Positions 50,952-62,100 are shown, counted from the whole stretch's first letter. The stretch is DNA of 63,950 bases, filler included, from Octopus bimaculoides (GCF_001194135.2; 7 parts of 6 records of this genome joined end to end with filler, not necessarily neighbours in it), one strand, 5' to 3'. Notes: generated by a model from the sequence alone, not told the origin. Made by a program: numbers and translations.

Positions 50952-51000
50952 ATTCATACTATTGGAGTTAACAAAAAAGAAAACCAAAAACAACTATACA

Positions 51001-51087
51001 ACTATTAATTTCATGAGCAGGCTGTTCTGTTGATCAGAACAAATGGAACCCTCGACGTCGTTAGCGACGGAGTGCCAACAACAACAA
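51001..51087 (+). mobile_element. SINE family C, 3' end
   Basis: gagcaggctgttc...ggaaccctcgacgtcgttagcgacggagtgccaacaacaac. Confidence 0.8.
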
Positions 51088-51272
51088 TTTTCTGGAGGGT
51101 ACGAATTACATTCTTCTTTATTGAATTATTTAATTGTGTTTTTTTTTTTTCTAAATTATATACATATATTTTATATTTGGAAATTTGATTTAGTATTGAT
51201 AGATTGAATTTTTCCCTGTAAGTTTTGGACTTTATTCCTTAATTTTATTATTACATATATATATATATATAT

Positions 51273-51588
51273 GTGCGTGAGAAGACCCGGCAAGCTAAAT
51301 AAGATCGTTGCCAGTGCCCCTAGACTGGCTCTTGTGCGGGTGGCACATAAGATGCACCATTTTGAGCGTGGCTGTTGCCAGTACCGCCTGACTGGCCTTC
51401 GTGCACGTGACACGTAAAAGCACCTACTACACTCTCTGAGTGGTTGGCGTTAGGAAGGGCATCCAGCTGTAGAAACTCTGCCAAATTTAGATTGGAGCCT
51501 GGTGTTGCCATCTGGTTTCACCAGCCCTCAGTCAAATCGTCCAACCCATGCTAGCATGGAAAGCGGACGTTAAACGACGATGATGATG
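51273..51588 (+). mobile_element. SINE family E with (GAT)n tail
   Basis: ggttggcgttaggaagggcatccagc...ccaacccatgctagcatggaaagcggacgttaaacgacgatgatg; the same tail recurs at 52890-52937. Confidence 0.8.
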
Positions 51589-51784
51589 NNNNNNNNNNNN
51601 NNNNNNNNNNNNNNNNNNNNNNNNNNNNNNNNNNNNNNNNNNNNNNNNNNNNNNNNNNNNNNNNNNNNNNNNNNNNNNNNNNNNNNNNNNNNNNNNNNNN
51701 NNNNNNNNNNNNNNNNNNNNNNNNNNNNNNNNNNNNNNNNNNNNNNNNNNNNNNNNNNNNNNNNNNNNNNNNNNNNNNNNNNNN

Positions 51785-51945
51785 TGTAAGTATGGGGGGC
51801 TAGGAAAAAATAGAAAGCGCGTTCCATTCTATGCACTCGTCTCCACATGTGTGCCATTTTTCACACGAATCCCCCCAGCTGTTTGGGCGTGAACCTCAAG
51901 AAAGAAAGAATACAATGCTCGGCCAACTTCAATTTATATTATAGA
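51785..51945 (-). mobile_element. Non-autonomous Helitron, 5' end of a second tandem copy
   Basis: Closely matches 52580-52740; begins TCTATAATATAAAT immediately after the CTAG of the neighbouring copy; runs into a gap. Confidence 0.8.
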
Positions 51946-52740
51946 CTAGCAGCTAAACCCGGTTTCACCCGGTCTGTTTGGATGATGTGGCTGTAATCGT
52001 TTTCGGTTAGGCATAATCTATAACAGTGTTTCTCAACCTTATCATTTCGGGTCCCCTGTTTCGATTGGAACCTCCAGCTGTATGAAAATTTCCTGACTCC
52101 CTTGTCAGAAAACAGCTTCAGGAGTTGTGAAGAACGAATTTGTACATAATCTGTTTCTGAGAGCTATTCAATTGGCCCTCTATCTAATCATTGATTTAAC
52201 TATGAACATAGAAAGAAATTATACATTAATCCCTTTTTTTGTAAGCAGGTATATGATCAATGGCCAGCCAAGTGAAAAGGGAAGGCGATCTTTTGAAGTT
52301 CTTTTGAAGTTGCGGTGAGAGGGAAGAATTGATGTGCGTGCGTATGTCTGTGTGTGTGTGAGTGTGTATGTTTGATGGGGTGTGCGCGACAGAGAGAGTA
52401 ATGTTGATGGTGTATATGTATATGAAAGTGAGAGAGAGAAAGAAAGAAAGAAAGAGAGAGATAAATGAAATTTATCATTCAGTTAATTTATTTATTATGC
52501 ATATATGTATGAATGGCTTCAGTAACACACACTCACATACACGCACACATGCACGCAGGTTGTTTTAATCGATTTTCTCTGTAAGTATGGGGGCTAGGAA
52601 AAAATAGAAAGCGCATTCTAATCTATGCACCCGTCTCCACATGTGTGCCATTTTTCACGCGAATCCACCCAGCTGTTTGGCCGTGAACCTCAAGACAAGA
52701 AAGAATACAACGCTCGGCCAACTTCAATTTATATTATAGA
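51946..52740 (-). mobile_element. Complete non-autonomous Helitron (~795 bp)
   Basis: A|TC at 52740, imperfect GC hairpin ccgggtgaaaccggg, then CTAG|T at 51946; internal microsatellites and a hAT-like cagtgtttctcaacctt motif at ~52024. Confidence 0.8.
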
Positions 52741-52744
52741 TAAG

Positions 52745-52780
<36 letters not shown>

Positions 52781-52789
52781 ATATATATA

Positions 52790-52889
52790 NNNNNNNNNNN
52801 NNNNNNNNNNNNNNNNNNNNNNNNNNNNNNNNNTTAATTAATTAANNNNNNNNNNNNNNNNNNNNNNNNNNNNNNNNNNNNNNNNNNNN
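52790..52889. other. Artificial scaffold-join spacer
   Basis: 44 N + TTAATTAATTAA + 44 N. Confidence 0.95.
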
Positions 52890-53013
52890 CTAGCATGGAA
52901 GGCGGACGTTAAACGATGACGATGATGATGATGATGAAAGTTACAGATAAGGAAATATTTTTATTCTCAAACGCAGGATAATGCTAATAATATATTTTTC
53001 AGAAAAATCTGTT

Positions 53014-53090
53014 GGTGGCCAGTCATGAAACTCGAACTCACATCCCTGTGATTACGCGTCAAGTTCTTTACCATTAAGCTAAACTGCTCC
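53014..53090 (-). pseudogene. tRNA-like sequence (pseudo-tRNA or SINE head)
   Basis: ggagcagtttagcttaatggtaaag...gtgagttcgagtttc carries A and B boxes, but the acceptor and anticodon stems pair poorly. Confidence 0.55.
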
Positions 53091-53359
53091 AATGACAAAT
53101 TCTTCTGCAAATTTAGGATATATAAATCTAGCTTTATAAGACGCTAACGTACGTTAAATGCAACTTACGTTGAAATATATATATAGTTGAATTTAATAAC
53201 TGTATATGTGAATTTAAGATTTGTATATTAAATATGTGTATCAAATTTATTTGCATCATAGTTAGTTTTTAAGATATAAATACAAATAAATGATTTCTTA
53301 AGAAAAACTCCATAGAAGACTCAAAAACCTTCATATGTTTTGATTCTAGTCATTTGGTA

Positions 53360-55030
53360 ATACATTATTCAAAACATTTGGGAATGAACTGAATAAATAT
53401 AAGGGCCTCTTCCAGAAGGAGGGACACAATGTGAAAGTTACTCCGCCAGGAGATGTGACCCACAGAGGAGAACTTTGTTTTTTAAAGCGTATATCGTAAA
53501 AAATTTTAAAATCGATATGGCCTCGAAGGAGGCAATAGAAAAGTGCCTGCAGCCTATATGGAAGGACATCACCAGGGGGGAAAAGTTCGCCTCTGTAGAA
53601 GTGAGATTCGTCACGGAAGAAAAAGCCAAGCAGCATTCCACCTCCCCGCTCAAGTCGTGAAGGTAGGAGAAATACCACCAGGTGTGGATGTTGCCTGGCT
53701 TATGGCGGCATTGACATTGGACTTGGAGGACAAAATAACGATCCTCCAGGTCACAAATTCTACCAACAAAATTGGCAGGGACAGGGATTAGAAATGTTAA
53801 GCAGTAGTTACTGCTGAAATCAGACTGAGTGGACTGCAGGTTTTTTCACACACACACACACCCACCAAATGGCTAGGAGGAGTTTATTTCTCCATGCCAA
53901 CGTGGAGGGGGAGGAGTTGCAGTTCAGGCTCAGGAAAAATCTGGAATTTGAGGTAAGAATTGTCCTTGTAAACCCGAAGAGCAGGTTGGTTGTCCTTGAC
54001 GTGAAGCACAGCAGCGGTAAGTCCTTCAGGTTTGCAGCTGTCTTTGCTCCTTGCGAAGCAGGGCACTCTGACTATTTCAGAAGCCTAGAGAATTTTCTAG
54101 GAACGTCCCATACTTTAGTATTGTTAGGTTTTAACACAATCTGCGATGTATGCATAGATTGTGTTGGTTCAAACCCGGGTAGGAGAGGAAACCCTTGTCT
54201 TAGCGGTCTGATAAGTCGTTTTCAGCTGGCAGACCAATTCAGACTGGATCACTCTGACGTCCCATTGTGGACATGGGCGAATAACGATCTTATCTAGACA
54301 GGATTGTTGTTAGAATTAAAGATGAGAACATTGTTGTCCACAACATCATATTGTCAACTATAGTGATCATAAATTTGTGACCTGTAGGTTTGACTTAGAT
54401 AGTATGTGTAGAGAGAGACCCGGTTATTGGAAGCTAAACCGGTCACTTTTGGCCTTTGAATCCTACAGGAACCGGATTAGGCAGTCAGTGATGAGGGTAT
54501 TAATTGGTACCGTCATTAACGACAAATGGTGGTGCACTCTCAAAAGACCCATTAAATTTGAGTCCTTCAGATTTAGTAAGGAGCTAGTCAATAATAGAAA
54601 TAGAATAGAAAGGGTTTAGTTAAGGCTCTAGAAGCGGCAATGAGGTCAGGATCTGCATCTAGAGTTTTAGATGCGAGGTTGGCACTCGACGAACATCTCA
54701 AAGCTAAACACGAAGGATGCATTGTCAGAGCTAAGTTATGTGCAATGGAACAAGAGGCAATCAACGTTGCCGGATGGGCCCGTGTGTTAGAGACCCAACG
54801 TGGCAATAATGCAAAAATAAGGTCTTGAGGAGAATGAACCTGAGCATTTCACCCAGCTTTTCTGGAGTGGCGGTGGGCTGGAGCGTAGAGATGACCTCGC
54901 AGACTTTGCCGCGGTTACGGGGGCGGGAAGCAGAATGTTGTGAAGAGCAGGTCACAGCTGCGGAGGTGGAGAAGGCATTGTTGAACTGCAGCGGGGACAA
55001 GTCGCCGGGACTAGATGATCTGTCTTATAG
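53360..55030 (+). mobile_element. Internally deleted, degenerate Tx1/L1-type LINE: ORF1 part, APE endonuclease, start of RT
   Basis: ORF1 AIEKCLQPIWKDI...VEVRFVTEEKAKQHSTSPLK; endonuclease FRFAAVFAP...LVLLGFNTI...WTW, HKFV, PGYWKLNRSLL; then EVEKALL...DKSPGLD. Confidence 0.85.
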
Positions 55031-55120
55031 TACACTAGATACGTAGATACATTCACCCATGCATACAAAACACGCAGACGGGCACACATGGATAGGAAGG
55101 GGAGAGAGTTCGCTGAATTA

Positions 55121-55600
55121 TTATTTTATTGTGTTGTATCTGGAAAATGTAAATTTGGTGCAGTGACAATGTCTTGAGATCTTCTCAGTATGCTTGTTTA
55201 CCAAGTTTTCGTTACTTAACAGAATGTACAAGGCTTCCTCAAAGCACAAGTCACATATACTGGCTAACATATTATTAGGGTGTGCATCTTTTATTATTGA
55301 CCATTCTGTTTCATATTTTACTTTTCTTTCTTTTAATCTCCATATTATGTCTGCTAGTGATGTTGTGTGTCTTTGGCTTGCCATTTGGAAAGAGGAGACA
55401 TGATGGCGATAACGGACCTTGAATTGGTTTTCGGAGACAAAATTTACATATCGCCCGAGGAAACACAAATAGATCTCATAATGCAGAGAAACAGTTGCAT
55501 AATTAAGTACCTGCACACCTGAAGAATTACGTTGCATAGAAACAATTGTAATGATTGGAAATAAGTGTCCAACTGTACTCTTTCTTGTTGATCCCAAATT
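55121..55600 (-). mobile_element. Penelope-like GIY-YIG endonuclease, C-terminal relic
   Basis: FKVRYRHHVSSF...TSLADIIWRLKE...EWSII...CDLCFEEALYIL...LVNKHTE.ISRHCH follows the FK.RY..HK.SF...T.LS..IW.LK...C.LCL.EK..I...LNKR.E..S.CRH pattern. Confidence 0.8.
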
Positions 55601-55641
55601 ATTTCAATTATATATATATATATATATACACATGCACACAT

Positions 55642-55684
<43 letters not shown>

Positions 55685-55784
55685 NNNNNNNNNNNNNNNN
55701 NNNNNNNNNNNNNNNNNNNNNNNNNNNNTTAATTAATTAANNNNNNNNNNNNNNNNNNNNNNNNNNNNNNNNNNNNNNNNNNNN
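55685..55784. other. Artificial scaffold-join spacer
   Basis: 44 N + TTAATTAATTAA + 44 N. Confidence 0.95.
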
Positions 55785-55789
55785 TATGT

Positions 55790-56130
55790 ATACATATACA
55801 TCTCTCTCTCTGAAAGTATCTGTCATTACAGTATCGAAATGTGATTGTTTCAGTTAGTAGAATAGTTTCATTTTTAAAGTGAAAGTATTTGACAGGAGTG
55901 TTTTTGTTTCACTTTTGACACGTAATACTTAAATAGTGGAGGAGATATTATGTTGCCGTGGGCTCGAACTCTGCAAGAAGTTAAAAAATTTTTTGACTAA
56001 AACACAACTGGAACCCTAAGTAAGGCATGTGTAAAATTTGAATGAAATTGGTTGCTTAGTTCTCGAGTTTTAGGGATTCACACATACATACATACAGACA
56101 GACAGACATTCTCATTTTTATATATATAGA
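55790..56130 (-). mobile_element. Non-autonomous Helitron, 5' part with (CTGT)/(TATG) microsatellite
   Basis: Minus strand starts A|TCTATATATATAAAAATGAGAATG, followed by a tetranucleotide tract, like the 5' end at 52740. Confidence 0.65.
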
Positions 56131-56298
56131 TAACTGCCTGAATATCTTGAAAGTGTCCTCTTCATAGAGACAACATGAAATTAAATACGTAGTTTTAATT
56201 AGTAAATGAAAAAAGTTTGAGGTAAAGAGATCTTGACATGTGTATTCCTCAGTTACTGTCCCAGAAAATTTCTTTCAGTCTGTTGGGAGTACCTTTCA

Positions 56299-56508
56299 TT
56301 ACTCTTTTACTCTTTTACTTGTTTCAGTCATTTGACTGTGGCCATGCTGGAGAACTGTCTTTAGTCGAAGAAATCGATCCCAGGACTTATTCTTTGTAAG
56401 CCTAGTACTTATTCTATTGGGAACTTTTGCGAACTGCTAAGTTATGGGACGTAAACACACCACCATCGGTTGTCAAGTGATGTTGGGGGGACAAACACAG
56501 ACATACAA

Positions 56509-56584
<76 letters not shown>

Positions 56585-56742
56585 GATGGGCTTCTTTCAG
56601 TTTCCGTCTACCAAATCCACTCACAAGGCTTTGGTTGGCCCGAGGCTATAGTAGAAGACACTTGCCCAAAGTGCCATGCAGTGGGACTGAACCTGGAACC
56701 ATGTGGTTGGTAAGCAAGCTACTTACCACACAGCCACTCCTA
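56299..56742 (-). mobile_element. SINE family A, full length with long internal (TA)n
   Basis: Head aggagtggctgtgtggtaagtagc; tail (aagagta)n. Confidence 0.9.
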
Positions 56743-56774
56743 CGGTCGTTATAATCCTTTCTTTTTTTTCTTTT

Positions 56775-56982
56775 ATAGGCACAAGGCCAGAAATTTTTTG
56801 AGGTGGGATCTAGTCAATTATATTGACCCCAGTGCTTGACTGGTACTATTTTATTGACCTTGAAAGGATGAAAGGCAAAGTTGACTTCAGCAGCATTTGA
56901 ACCCAGAACATAAGGACAGTTGAAATGCCACTAAGCATTTTGTCTGGTATGGTAATGATTCTGCTTGCTCACCACCTTTTTT
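56775..56982 (-). mobile_element. SINE family B, diverged
   Basis: ggatgaaaggcaaagttgacttcagcagcatttgaacccagaac. Confidence 0.8.
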
Positions 56983-57084
56983 TTCACAGTTATAACTATT
57001 CTTCAACTGTTATGATAATTCTAAGGTTACCTAATTACATATATCAAAATATCATTTTTTTCTTTTTCTTTTTCTTTTGACTAG

Positions 57085-57612
57085 ACACAGAATCGCTGAA
57101 AGTTATGGTGAGTTGGTCACTGCTGGTGCAAACCCAGGGTTAAGTAATTATAACATCTAAAATTCTTTGGATTGTTGATTTTATTGTGTTGTACTTTATT
57201 TTTTCACTAATAGAAACTGACAATGGTTCATCTCAAGCTCTCTGGACTGGAGGTGTTTCAGACTTTGAATTTTTGCTAAGTTCTGCATGATTGTATATTT
57301 GCATCTGTAAGCTTAGCTAGCCTAGAGGTGGGATTCAAAACTAAACTTGTGATCCAGTCATGTTTCATAATAAAGCAAAGACATTTATCATGAAGATTGT
57401 TTTAAATACATTTTAGATGTTATACAGAGTGAATATATTTTAAAAATTATAATTTTGTAAAAAAAACTGCTTTCAGGTAATGATACATGTGAAAGTGAAA
57501 TCCAGATTTAATGTAAGAATAATTTGCTTTGTATTGATAGACTTTTGTTTGTTTCATGTTTGATCAATCAATCTATCATATTCAGTATTCACTCAGAATC
57601 CAATTCCTTAAC
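57085..57612 (+). other. Cluster of candidate short exons (57085-57107, from 57214, 57477-57512, 57586-57612)
   Basis: Long pyrimidine acceptors at 57084 and 57213; donors gtgagt (57108) and gtaaga (57513); reading frame ambiguous. Confidence 0.35.
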
Positions 57613-58923
57613 GTACGGTCAAGATCTTCAATTTTTGATGTGTGCAATTTTTTTTTTTTTAACATTTTTCAACATTTTTGATAAAGGGATATAAGCAAAC
57701 ATTTTCAACGTAGTGTAGAGCATAAGACATGTTGTAACACCCACATGAAACTGTTAAAATGATGGCTATTGAGAATATACTGGTGTCAAATTAACCAGGC
57801 TGGGTAAGCCAGCCCAGTGTAGATGAGGTCATTCTCAGAAACCTCCAGAATGCTTTCTAGAATTTTTCATTTCTGGTTCTTCTCACTCAAAAATACTTTT
57901 GAATTTGGGATTTTCAGACAAAGGATTAAGAACCTGTATATAGAGTTTATAATTGTATAGGAATTATATTTTATAACTGATCTACAATTCCAAGGATTTG
58001 GATTTAGGTGTCTCAGTTTCAGATGACCTTTCATAATACCCATACATCAATTTCTACAAGGCAGAAGCCTAGCTTATCTTAAAGCACTGAGACAGAGCAG
58101 ATGTGGCATATACAAACACATCAGATCATAAACACTAATCAAAATATGTATGATTGATAGACAAACCTTTACTTCCCAACTCATTACTTTGTGCTATGAT
58201 GTTCTTCCTTAGTCTGCACCAATCACCATCACCGCTATTCTTTAATCTCGTGGTTTATCATGAAAAATGTAAATTAGGAAATTTCAATGCCTAACTCCAA
58301 CCAATGAATCTTTGCATAGTATAACTATTAAATCATGACCATATTTATAAAGTTAACAACCTACTATCCAATTTTCAAATATATTTTAAAATATTGCTTT
58401 CTATTTACTTATGTATTCACATTACCTACATCACATTCTTACATGTTTTCTTTTCTTCACACATTTCTTTTCTTCTCCATATCAAGAAAATGGTTTATAA
58501 CTTTCTGAAGGTAATACAACTAACTGATTCAAATAAGAATTTCAGCAAAATTGTTATTCTATAACAAATCATTCTGTTAAGACCACCAGTAAGCACAAAC
58601 TATAAGTAAAAATAATAATATCACAATGGGAAAAAATGAAATAAAAGTTAGAAGTGTTGAAAATAGATGTGATTCATAGTTAAACATATAGGTATGTTTT
58701 ATTTTATGCAAAAGTTACACATATAAAATGTATATATACATACACATCTATTTCTTTGTTCATATATCAACACACACACACACACATTTGAATGCATATG
58801 TTTTATGCATAGAATTAAAGTTATTCATATATGTTTCTTTGTCATATATAAACATATATATATATATTTTATAGATATTGATATTTGTTTTATGTTTATT
58901 TATATATATATATATATATATAT

Positions 58924-59023
58924 NNNNNNNNNNNNNNNNNNNNNNNNNNNNNNNNNNNNNNNNNNNNTTAATTAATTAANNNNNNNNNNNNNNNNNNNNN
59001 NNNNNNNNNNNNNNNNNNNNNNN
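58924..59023. other. Artificial scaffold-join spacer
   Basis: 44 N + TTAATTAATTAA + 44 N. Confidence 0.95.
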
Positions 59024-59131
59024 TTAATGTATGTATATGCACAGTGAGGAGTAAGGTCATATTTGCGATATGAAAATGTCAGTTCACTTCAGGATATCTG
59101 TCTTCTTAGAATTACCTTTGTATTCACTTAC

Positions 59132-59179
59132 ATTTTCGCATTTTTTCCCTTCTCCTCTTCCATTCCAGAACATTATTTT
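59132..59179 (-). CDS. Candidate symmetric exon (48 nt)
   Basis: cattccattgacag|AAAATA...GAAAAT|gtaagt; frames [16 protein letters not shown] or [16 protein letters not shown]. Confidence 0.4.
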
Positions 59180-59362
59180 CTGTCAATGGAATGCCAACAT
59201 GTAAAAAAGAATTCATTAACATTGACATGATGCTAACTAAACAATCAGAAACCAGCACATTTCTTAGAAACGTAACAGAAGAGAGGAGTTGTTTGGCTTG
59301 AAGTAGCCATTTTGTAGACACTAAACACATAACACGCACGCAGACACACACATACACACACA

Positions 59363-59416
<54 letters not shown>

Positions 59417-59555
59417 TGCACGCACGCACACACACACACACACACATACTGCTCAAACATCCCACACTAATCAGGGGATACAGAAAATAATAAAAATAAC
59501 GATTATGATGATGACAACGACGACGACGAGGACGACGACGACGATGATGATAGTC

Positions 59556-59745
59556 TCAAATTTTGTCACAAGGCCAGCAATTTTGAGGGAGGAGGAAGAG
59601 TCGATTGAATCGACGCTATTGCTCACCTGGTACTCATTTTATCGACCCCGAAAGAGATGAAAGGCAAAGTAGACCTCGGCAGAATTTGAACTCAGAACGT
59701 AAAGATGGACGAAATGCCGCGAACTATTTGGTCGGCATGCCAATT
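59556..59745 (-). mobile_element. SINE family B
   Basis: gatgaaaggcaaagtagacctcggcagaatttgaactcagaacgtaaag. Confidence 0.85.
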
Positions 59746-59749
59746 CACA

Positions 59750-60500
59750 CTTTACTAAAAGGGACCACTGAGGAATTAGTGTGCAGCGCCCAAGAACAAG
59801 CTCTCAGAACAAACTACTCCAAATATTACATTGATAAAAGCACTGACTCGCCACAGTGTAGGATGTGCTCTGAGAAGGGAGAAAGTATAAGCCATATTGT
59901 TAATGAGTGCTGTAAACTCGCGCAATGCGAATACAAAAGGAGACACGACAATGTGGCCAGATATGTCCACTGGCTGTTGTGCGGTAAAGCAAACCTCGAG
60001 AGAGCCAAATAATGGTATAAACACAAGCCAAAGGGAGTAATGGGAAACGAACATTGCAAAATTACTCTGGGATCTTAATATGCAGTGCGACCAAGTCATA
60101 GAGTCGAGACGACCAGATATCGTGTTCATCCATAAAGATGAAAAAAAGAAGTAAAGATAATAGATGTTGCAATACCAGGCGATTCGAGGGTGAAATGTAA
60201 GGAAACAGAAAAGATTGAGAAATACCAGCCACTGCGGGGCGAGATAGGAAAGTTATGGGGTATGAGGAAAATAATGGTGATACCGGTGGTAATTGGAGCA
60301 TTAGGAGCAGTTCCCAAGGGCTTTGAAAAACATATTAAGAATATTGGAGCTGCTGTAAGGCTTGAGCTGATCCAGAAGACAGCATTGTTGGGTACATCTG
60401 GCATTCTAAGGAGAGTATTGTCACTTTGAGTCACAGAAGAAGGCACTACTTGAAACCTTTGGTGATTTGCTATTGTCTGCCTTCAAATAAAGAATAACCG
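59750..60500 (+). mobile_element. 5'-truncated R4/Dong-type element, second subfamily (CCHC plus restriction-like endonuclease)
   Basis: SAQEQALRTN...CRMCSEKGESISHIVNEC...YKRRHDNVA...LWDLNMQCD...RRPDIV...IIDVAIPGD...EKIEKYQ...IPVVIGALG...LRRVLSL*. Confidence 0.9.
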
Positions 60501-60539
60501 ATAATTAAGAACTATCCGAGAGGCTTTCAGAATAACAAT

Positions 60540-60567
60540 AGCAATGATAATGATAATAATAATAATG

Positions 60568-60633
<66 letters not shown>
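60540..60633. repeat. (AAT)n microsatellite between two R4/Dong copies
   Basis: Direct reading. Confidence 0.95.
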
Positions 60634-60635
<2 letters not shown>

Positions 60636-61427
60636 GAAAGGGAAAACTATTCTAATTCCCAAATCCACTGAAACGGCAAAACCACAAAACTACAGACCTA
60701 TAACCTGTCTCCCTACAATCTACAAAGCCTTTACTGCAATAATATCGCAGAGATTAAGCAAGCACCTGGAAGAAAACAATCTGTTTCCAGAAGAGCAGAA
60801 GGGATGCTGCAAAGGCCCATATGGCTGTAAAGATCAACTAATGATCAATAAAGCCATAACTGAAGACAACCGCAGAAAGAAGAAAGGCCTCAGTATGACT
60901 TGGATCGACTACCGAAAGGCTTTTGATAGTGTTCCCCACACGTGGATCCTCTAAACACTAGCCATAAACAAGGTAGCACCAACAATTATAAAATACATAA
61001 GACACTCTATGAATAAATGGCAGACAGTGCTACAGCTCCAAACAAAAGAGGGACTCGTGAAAACCAAAGCCATCCCCATTAGAAGAGGAATATTCCAGGG
61101 AGACACGCTCTCTCCACTCCTTTTCTGCTTGGCACTGACACCTTTATCTGACATGCTAAATAGAACTGGATGCGGATACAAATGTTACGGCAAAACAATC
61201 AGCCACCTTTTATATATGGATGACCTAAAACTATACGCTACAGATGATAAACAGCTGGAAACACTACTACAGACAGTACATGGATTTACTAATGAAATAG
61301 ATATGAAATTTGGATTAGAAAAATGTGCCAAAGCAACCCTGAAAAGAGGAAAACTAGTTAAGAGTAGCAACATCACACTAGATAAAGCCAATGAAATAAG
61401 AGAATTAGACCAAAGCCAGACATACAA
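60634..61427 (+). mobile_element. R4/Dong-type reverse transcriptase core fragment
   Basis: YRPITCL...IDYRKAFDSVPH...RGIFQGDTLSPLLF...LLYMDDLKLY...FGLEKCA; one in-frame stop (60952-60954); truncated at both ends. Confidence 0.9.
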
Positions 61428-61789
61428 AGGAAGCGGTAAGGGAAAACTGAACTACTAGCTTATTCTTAATCTCTCTTAATCTTATCCATTTCATGTAAAA
61501 AGTTCTAAATCATTTGTAAAACACGATAACATTTCTCTTCTGATAAATGTTAAGTCATTTAACACAACGTCGATAATCAAACATGAATATTTCTTCATTT
61601 ACATTATTCTACTATGAAATTTTCCAAACATTCCTCAACGTTCCATACGAAAGAAAAGCGAAAGGGTCACTGAGAACATTAATCGATATCTGTGCCATAT
61701 ACAGGACGTTAACAACATTTACTAATAGTACGCATTGTTTCTCAGAGAGAAATGAAAGGACGAGAAGAACAGAATTTCAGGATATCCAC

Positions 61790-61834
61790 CTCTCAACAGC
61801 TTTATCAAATGAAACAGTTGTTTGGGGAAAAAAT
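61790..61834 (-). CDS. Candidate symmetric phase-1 exon (45 nt) xFFPKQLFHLIKLLR
   Basis: ggaaattcttttcag|ATTTTT...TTGAGAG|gtggat; phase-compatible with 59132-59179. Confidence 0.3.
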
Positions 61835-62000
61835 CTGAAAAGAATTTCCTTTCCTTTTTTTTTGTTTTTGTTTAAGGTGTTTGTTATTCGGATTCACGAA
61901 ATGGTCAGTGCAATATTTCTATATTGTCCGATTGTGTAACGAAACAGAATTAGAAATACAACAATATATATATATGTGTGTGACGAGGGGCGGTACGTGT

Positions 62001-62100
62001 NNNNNNNNNNNNNNNNNNNNNNNNNNNNNNNNNNNNNNNNNNNNTTAATTAATTAANNNNNNNNNNNNNNNNNNNNNNNNNNNNNNNNNNNNNNNNNNNN
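62001..62100. other. Artificial scaffold-join spacer
   Basis: 44 N + TTAATTAATTAA + 44 N. Confidence 0.95.

Noticed and set aside
53014-53090. Functional tRNA gene
   Set aside because: A and B boxes are present but the cloverleaf stems are broken; kept only as a pseudo-tRNA/SINE head.
59169-59301. Plus-strand terminal exon [16 protein letters not shown]...ERSCLA*
   Set aside because: Its pyrimidine tract is the complement of the purine-rich minus-strand exon candidate, which has both splice sites; no plus-strand partner in the same scaffold piece.
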